From NCBI GenBank assembly GCA_017394445.1, contig JAFPYT010000347.1:1-59739 (forward strand): DNA of 59,739 nt, given 5' to 3'. Every line of letters starts with the position of its first letter. The first letter of the stretch is position 1. The translations under genes and the position numbers were made by a program. The notes under the pieces were generated by a model. It saw only the letters and a program-made list of their open reading frames with translations. It searched no databases and was not told the DNA's origin. This DNA comes from Bacteroidales bacterium. Its GTDB lineage: Bacteria; Bacteroidota; Bacteroidia; Bacteroidales; UBA3824. Of the stretch, positions 55,010 through 59,739 are shown piece by piece.

Positions 55010-55777
55010 TTAAAGGGTTTGATTGTCAATCTTTTCCGCTTCAATTTGCGACCACGCAGCCGCCACCGTCGAAATACCGCCTGTAAACACGGCGAAAAAT
55101 GTTCCGCACATTATATAAAGTGTGAGTGTGTAAATTGCGCCGTTGGTAATGGTGAGCCAACGGTAACGGTGAATAACTCGTGCGCTCTCTTTGGTGTCGC
55201 GGCGGTAACGCTCGTTGTTGTAGTCCATAAACGAGTATCCAAAATAATAACTATTTATTAGAAATACAACAATAGGCATAATGAATCCAATTACGGGAAT
55301 AAAACTTGCTATAAAGCAAACAATCAACAGAATACTCTGTTTTATAGTGTTTTTTAGAGCGATTTTTACACCTCGCCAAATATCTTTTACGGTTTGTTTT
55401 GCGCTGAATCCAAATTCGCGACCTGTTAAATATGTATCAGTTTTTTCGGACATATTGGTGTATATCGGCGACATACACAATATTACCAAACTACCACCTA
55501 AAAATATAAACGCAAGGTAGCATATAATCTTGGTAATCACTGTGGTAGTGCCGCTGACAAAACTTCCCCATCCGCCTTCCAACTGCCAACTTTCTGTAAT
55601 TTTTTCGTTGAGCCAATCCGACAGATTTCCGCTGTAATGCCATATCAGCCAAACGCATATCACATTGATAATCATCGGGATGATGAAGAATTTCCACATT
55701 TTTTGCGCGGACATTATGCCAAACGCGTGGCTGTATCCGCCGAGTCCGAGTTGTATCTGTTTGCCTACTGAAACCAT
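55010..55777 (-). CDS. EI24/CysZ-like integral membrane protein
   Basis: ORF 55010..55828 opens with GTG. The likely ATG at 55777 gives MVSVGKQIQ. It has 4-5 TM segments. The family call is from memory. Confidence 0.45.
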   Translation of the reverse strand: MVSVGKQIQLGLGGYSHAFGIMSAQKMWKFFIIPMIINVICVWLIWHYSGNLSDWLNEKITESWQLEGGWGSFVSGTTTVITKIICYLAFIFLGGSLVILCMSPIYTNMSEKTDTYLTGREFGFSAKQTVKDIWRGVKIALKNTIKQSILLIVCFIASFIPVIGFIMPIVVFLINSYYFGYSFMDYNNERYRRDTKESARVIHRYRWLTITNGAIYTLTLYIMCGTFFAVFTGGISTVAAAWSQIEAEKIDNQTL

Positions 55778-55894
55778 TTTGTTTGCTTTTGCCGCAAAGT
55801 TACGTTTTTTTTGTAGAAACGAATGCACATATTATTTTTTTTACTACCTTTGTTTTATTAAAAATTTATCTGTTAACTTAAAAATATTATTGAT

Positions 55895-56788
55895 ATGAGA
55901 CTTACAGGACGTAGAGAGAGCAGCAATGTGGAAGATCGCCGCGGCGGCTCTTCGGGTATGCGTATGACTACCGGCAAAAAAGGCGGCTGCGCAGGTATTA
56001 TTATGCTGATTATCGGTGCTTTGATTTGGTGGAAAACCGGCGACAGCACAATGTTTGTCAACAACCTTGGCGTAGGTCAGGGCACTACAACAGAGCAAAC
56101 CACCACCAACACCGGCACCAACAAGGCGCAAGACGAACTCGCTGTGTTCGCATCTCGCATCTTGGCATCTACCGAAGATATTTGGACAAGCATTTTTCAA
56201 CAAAACGGTATGACCTACCAAAAGCCCAAAATGGTGATTTTTAGCGACGCCGTTAACACTGGCTGCGGCTCGGCTTCATCGTCAACGGGTCCGTTCTATT
56301 GTTCTGCTGATCAGAAACTTTACTTAGACCTCTCGTTCTTTACCACAATGAAACGTCAACTCGGTGCTGAGGGCGACCTTGCTTACGCCTACGTTATTGC
56401 TCACGAGGTTGGTCACCACGTAGAATACCTCACAGGATTGCTTTCAAAACTTCATCAACAGATGGACAGGGCACGTTCCGACGCTGAGGCAAACGCCATT
56501 TCGGTTCGTATAGAGTTGCTTGCCGACTTCTACGCAGGCGTTTGGGGACACTATGAGAACAAAACTTTCAAATCGTTTGAAGATGGCGACCTTGAAGAGG
56601 CTATCAACTGCGCTCACCAAATCGGCGACGACTATCTGCAAAAATCGGCAGGTTACCGCACTATCAACCCCGAATCATTTACCCACGGCACATCGGCGCA
56701 GCGTATGAAATGGCTCAAACTTGGTCTTCAAACTGGCGACCTAAGCCGTGCTAATCAGATACTTACTTGCAGCGAAAGCGAATTATAA
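55895..56788 (+). CDS. ypfJ: YpfJ-family neutral zinc metallopeptidase
   Basis: 297 aa. The N-terminus is RRESSNVEDRRG, followed by a TM segment and the zinc motif AHEVGHH. Confidence 0.85.
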   Translation: MRLTGRRESSNVEDRRGGSSGMRMTTGKKGGCAGIIMLIIGALIWWKTGDSTMFVNNLGVGQGTTTEQTTTNTGTNKAQDELAVFASRILASTEDIWTSIFQQNGMTYQKPKMVIFSDAVNTGCGSASSSTGPFYCSADQKLYLDLSFFTTMKRQLGAEGDLAYAYVIAHEVGHHVEYLTGLLSKLHQQMDRARSDAEANAISVRIELLADFYAGVWGHYENKTFKSFEDGDLEEAINCAHQIGDDYLQKSAGYRTINPESFTHGTSAQRMKWLKLGLQTGDLSRANQILTCSESEL

Positions 56789-56869
56789 AAAAAAATTTAG
56801 TTTTTTTTGTGGATTTTTATGGAATGATTACTCTATATGGTGTAATTTAATTTTAAAAAGTAATAAAAA

Positions 56870-57604
56870 ATGGCAGAAGAAAATTCATTTAAAGAAAATC
56901 TCAATTGGAAAAAACTTTCAATTGACGCAGTTAACACAATTATTGCAACCGCAATTGGTATTATCCTCGGTCTTTTGGTAGACAAATGGCGCGAGAATGT
57001 CAACAATCAGGAAAACTATCAAAAAGTGATTGTTGCCACCATCGTCAACCTCGAAAATTACAAGAGTCAGATTGAAAACTTGGAGTCGTACGTCGATTAC
57101 AGCAGCGAGGAGTTCGACACTTATTACGATGCTGAGTATGAGGAAACTGACTCCACAATGGACGAAATTGGCTATGTATTTTTCTCTGAAAATTTCCAAC
57201 AGCAAGACCGTTGGATAGAGGAAAACTTTATCACCAACGGCGGATTTATCGAGGATGCCGACTTGCGCCTCAAAATCGGTAACGTTTACTCGCTTATCGA
57301 CTTGTGCAAAAACAGTTTTGCTCATCTCAAAACCGTTTCTGACAAAGCCTACGACAAGTATGTGGATATTTACGTAAACGAGGATAGCAAAAATGCATTT
57401 GATAAGTTGCTTACCGACAAGGAGTTTATGGCTTATTCAAGTGCAATTACCGAGACGAAATACAACGTTGATACTTGGCTCAAAAGCATCGACGAACTTA
57501 CACAAGAGATTGTTAAAATCGCTAACGCCGACGAAAAACAGTTGACAGAAATGCGTCAGTCGTCGAAAAAGATACTCGATATGATATCCAAAAGTCGCGA
57601 GTAA
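56870..57604 (+). CDS. Hypothetical membrane-anchored protein
   Basis: 244 aa with a single N-terminal TM segment (AVNTIIATAIGIILGLLV) and an acidic helical remainder. Confidence 0.45.
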   Translation: MAEENSFKENLNWKKLSIDAVNTIIATAIGIILGLLVDKWRENVNNQENYQKVIVATIVNLENYKSQIENLESYVDYSSEEFDTYYDAEYEETDSTMDEIGYVFFSENFQQQDRWIEENFITNGGFIEDADLRLKIGNVYSLIDLCKNSFAHLKTVSDKAYDKYVDIYVNEDSKNAFDKLLTDKEFMAYSSAITETKYNVDTWLKSIDELTQEIVKIANADEKQLTEMRQSSKKILDMISKSRE

Positions 57605-57617
57605 TAAATTTTAGTAT

Positions 57618-58670
57618 ATGGGAATCAAAAAATACTTTTCGGCAGAATACCTCTTGCAGATGTTTCGCGACACCTGCAAGAGATTTCCCATTTCGGTGGG
57701 ATTAGCCTTTTTGTTGTTTATCACAACATTTTGCGCAGTTTGTGAGGTGGATTGGAGCGAACAAACGTGGTTTTTCCTAATTTTTTACACCGTATCAGGC
57801 TGTGTGCTAAACGTTTCGCTTAGTATTTGGGGCGAAGGTTGCGCTAAAAAAACGCTTAAAGCATTAGTTATTTGTGTTGTAAATATCTTATGGTTAGCGT
57901 ATTGTATTTATGCCGCTTTTGATTTTCCATATAATCATAAAGAATGGCTCAGTATGCCGGGATTATGCGCCTTTTCGGTAGCAGTGCTGCTCTCGGTATA
58001 TTGTCTGCCATTTTTCCGTAGCAAAAGCGATTCTCCTTTTTGGAATTTTGCTACAAATTTTACCGGTGTAACCCTCGGCTCAATAGTGGCTGCGGGTGTG
58101 CTCACAAGTGGAATTTCTTTGCTTTATGCCGCTGTAATTGTGATATTTAATCTCGGCGAAGTAATTAAGCCGATTATCGTAATCGACAGTTTTCTTTTGT
58201 GCTTGGTGATGCCGCTGTTGATAATGGGTCAGATTCCGCCCAAAGAGCAAATCTACAACGATACCAACATAGGTCTCAACAAGTTTTTCCGTGGGGTAAT
58301 CAAATTTATGTTTATCCCCTTGTTGGCTATGTATCTTTTGGTGCTATATCTCTATGGATTAAAGAGTTTAATAACATTTGAACTGCCAAACGGATGGGTT
58401 TCTACCTTGGTTTCGGTGTCTATGTTTTTTATGGTGCTTATTTATATGGTGCTGTATATCAGCAACTCTTATAAAGAAGACAAATTAAGCGGATTTTTTG
58501 TTAAATATATTCCGTGGATAATGATTCCCCTTGTGCTGTTTATGAGCGTGGGCGTATTTCGTCGTTTCAACGATTATGGAATCACCATTCCGCGACTTTA
58601 TCTGCTTATCGTAATATTTGGTTTCTTGCTATTTGCGTATATTTTGCTGTTGCAAAACGCAAACGTATGA
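57618..58670 (+). CDS. DUF4153-like polytopic membrane protein (N-terminal part)
   Basis: 350 aa with about 9 TM segments. It ends at TGA 58668-58670, which overlaps the next ATG. Confidence 0.55.
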   Translation: MGIKKYFSAEYLLQMFRDTCKRFPISVGLAFLLFITTFCAVCEVDWSEQTWFFLIFYTVSGCVLNVSLSIWGEGCAKKTLKALVICVVNILWLAYCIYAAFDFPYNHKEWLSMPGLCAFSVAVLLSVYCLPFFRSKSDSPFWNFATNFTGVTLGSIVAAGVLTSGISLLYAAVIVIFNLGEVIKPIIVIDSFLLCLVMPLLIMGQIPPKEQIYNDTNIGLNKFFRGVIKFMFIPLLAMYLLVLYLYGLKSLITFELPNGWVSTLVSVSMFFMVLIYMVLYISNSYKEDKLSGFFVKYIPWIMIPLVLFMSVGVFRRFNDYGITIPRLYLLIVIFGFLLFAYILLLQNANV

Positions 58671-59341
58671 TATTGATACCGGCATCGTTTTCGGTGCTGT
58701 TTGTGGTGTTCTCGTTTGGTCCGCTGAGTGCCGCCAACATCACGCTAAAATCGTTGCGTACATCTGTAACCGATTGGTTATCAAAGGAAAATGCACAATT
58801 GCCTTTAACTGATACCGCCTTTGAAAATCTTGTAAATCAATCTGCCGATAGTATTCGTGCATTTGAAATAGGTTCAAAACTTGCCTATATCACTCATAAT
58901 TATCCAGAAGAAAAATATTCCGACATTGTTGACGATCGTGTTTCGGAATATCGGTTGCGCAACCCCGAAAAAACTCGCGAAGATAATTCAATAAATTACA
59001 ATGGTATAGATATTTCGGGAGATTATTATCTTTATAATCTTCCTATTGAGCATAATTTAGATGCCCATTACACTAAGTTTTATGATGTATCTCCTACATC
59101 GTACTACACCGATGAAGAAATGCTGCAACCCATTATAAAACATAGTTTTACGCCCTTAGGCACAAATACCCGCTATACTTTTGAGGTATCGCGCGATATG
59201 TTGATGAATCGTAGTCGAAAAGATGCAGACTACATCACCCTCAAAAACGATTCTGCATTATACTTTTTGCGCGAATACTCTCTTGATATTCATCGCGGTA
59301 ATTGTAGGTTGAGCACCGTAGGGTATTTGTTTGTGAAATAG
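58667..59341 (+). CDS. Hypothetical protein (possibly the C-terminal part of the DUF4153-like gene)
   Basis: The ATG at 58667 overlaps the preceding stop (ATGA). One N-terminal TM segment (ILIPASFSVLFVVFSFGPLSA) is followed by a soluble domain. The same frame is open from 58514. Confidence 0.5.
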   Translation: MILIPASFSVLFVVFSFGPLSAANITLKSLRTSVTDWLSKENAQLPLTDTAFENLVNQSADSIRAFEIGSKLAYITHNYPEEKYSDIVDDRVSEYRLRNPEKTREDNSINYNGIDISGDYYLYNLPIEHNLDAHYTKFYDVSPTSYYTDEEMLQPIIKHSFTPLGTNTRYTFEVSRDMLMNRSRKDADYITLKNDSALYFLREYSLDIHRGNCRLSTVGYLFVK

Positions 59342-59356
59342 GGGGGGTACATATCG

Positions 59357-59739
59357 TTACACAAACATTGCCATGTACATGGGAATATAACACATTCCGT
59401 CATTTTCTACCTTTAAATCTTTTGTGTAAAAAAGGTAACGGTAGGATATGCGCTGGGAGAATTTGTGGCAAAACATATCGAGCGATACGTGTGTTTTATA
59501 TCCTGACGATTTAACCTCTATCGGGACTATTTTGCTGCCCCGCGACAGAAGAAAATCTATTTCGTAATTGTGTTTGCCGCTTTCTGTAGGCCAAGTGTGG
59601 TAAAAAAGGCGGTTGCCTTGCGCTGTAAGCATTTGGGCTACAAGATTTTCGTACACGTAACCAAGGTCGGCAGATAGTTTGTCGCTAAGGAGTTCCAAAT
59701 TGTTGAGCAATTCTGCCATTGAATCAGGATTTTCGCTCC
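59357..59739 (-). CDS. AAA_14/DUF4143-type ATPase, C-terminal part (gene continues beyond the window end)
   Basis: The DUF4143-like block is HNYEIDFLLSRGSKIVPIEVKSSGY. The frame is open to the window edge. Confidence 0.6.
   Translation of the reverse strand, partial: SENPDSMAELLNNLELLSDKLSADLGYVYENLVAQMLTAQGNRLFYHTWPTESGKHNYEIDFLLSRGSKIVPIEVKSSGYKTHVSLDMFCHKFSQRISYRYLFYTKDLKVENDGMCYIPMYMAMFV

Overview
About 60 kb of a Bacteroidota (Bacteroidales-type) chromosome. The assignment rests on a SusC/SusD pair, a hybrid two-component regulator with an AraC domain, lipoprotein signals and TAnnTTTG -7 promoter boxes. I see about 50 protein genes and no rRNA, tRNA, CRISPR array, integrase or IS transposase. 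All family calls come from motif recognition by eye, not from database searches.

Left third (0-24 kb): a structured non-coding region, then an AbiL-like AAA15 ATPase + RloB pair. After that comes a hemicellulose-type PUL with two GH43 genes, SusC/SusD and the HTCS regulator. The PUL is interrupted by hypothetical genes, an Rpn-like PD-(D/E)xK gene and DPP-IV.

Middle (25-43 kb): two accessory, defence-island-like blocks.
- Block (i): an orphan 402-aa reverse transcriptase (YSDD) preceded by a three-part repeat. It converges on an MmeI-like single-polypeptide type IIL R-M enzyme, followed by a UPF0175/DUF3368-PIN toxin-antitoxin pair.
- Block (ii): an AT-rich, tightly packed minus-strand operon. 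It encodes a 1346-aa protein with a UPF1-like SF1 helicase C-terminus, a 687-aa PLD-like (HKD-variant) protein, a 211-aa small protein and a 540-aa classic-clade AAA+ ATPase. A DUF1016/YhcG PD-(D/E)xK nuclease follows directly.
- The helicase+PLD core resembles type I Mokosh, but I do not recognise the full gene set as a described system. It is my top candidate for something new, with the orphan RT second.

Right third (43-60 kb): mostly housekeeping genes (gap, GH2, S41 protease, fmt, MqnA-like, YpfJ). Also present are a C1 peptidase with a polyacidic tail, a RelE/XRE TA pair, AAA_14/DUF4143 ATPase genes, and two arrays of a 33-bp palindrome-containing tandem repeat that bracket a 2.2-kb two-gene segment.
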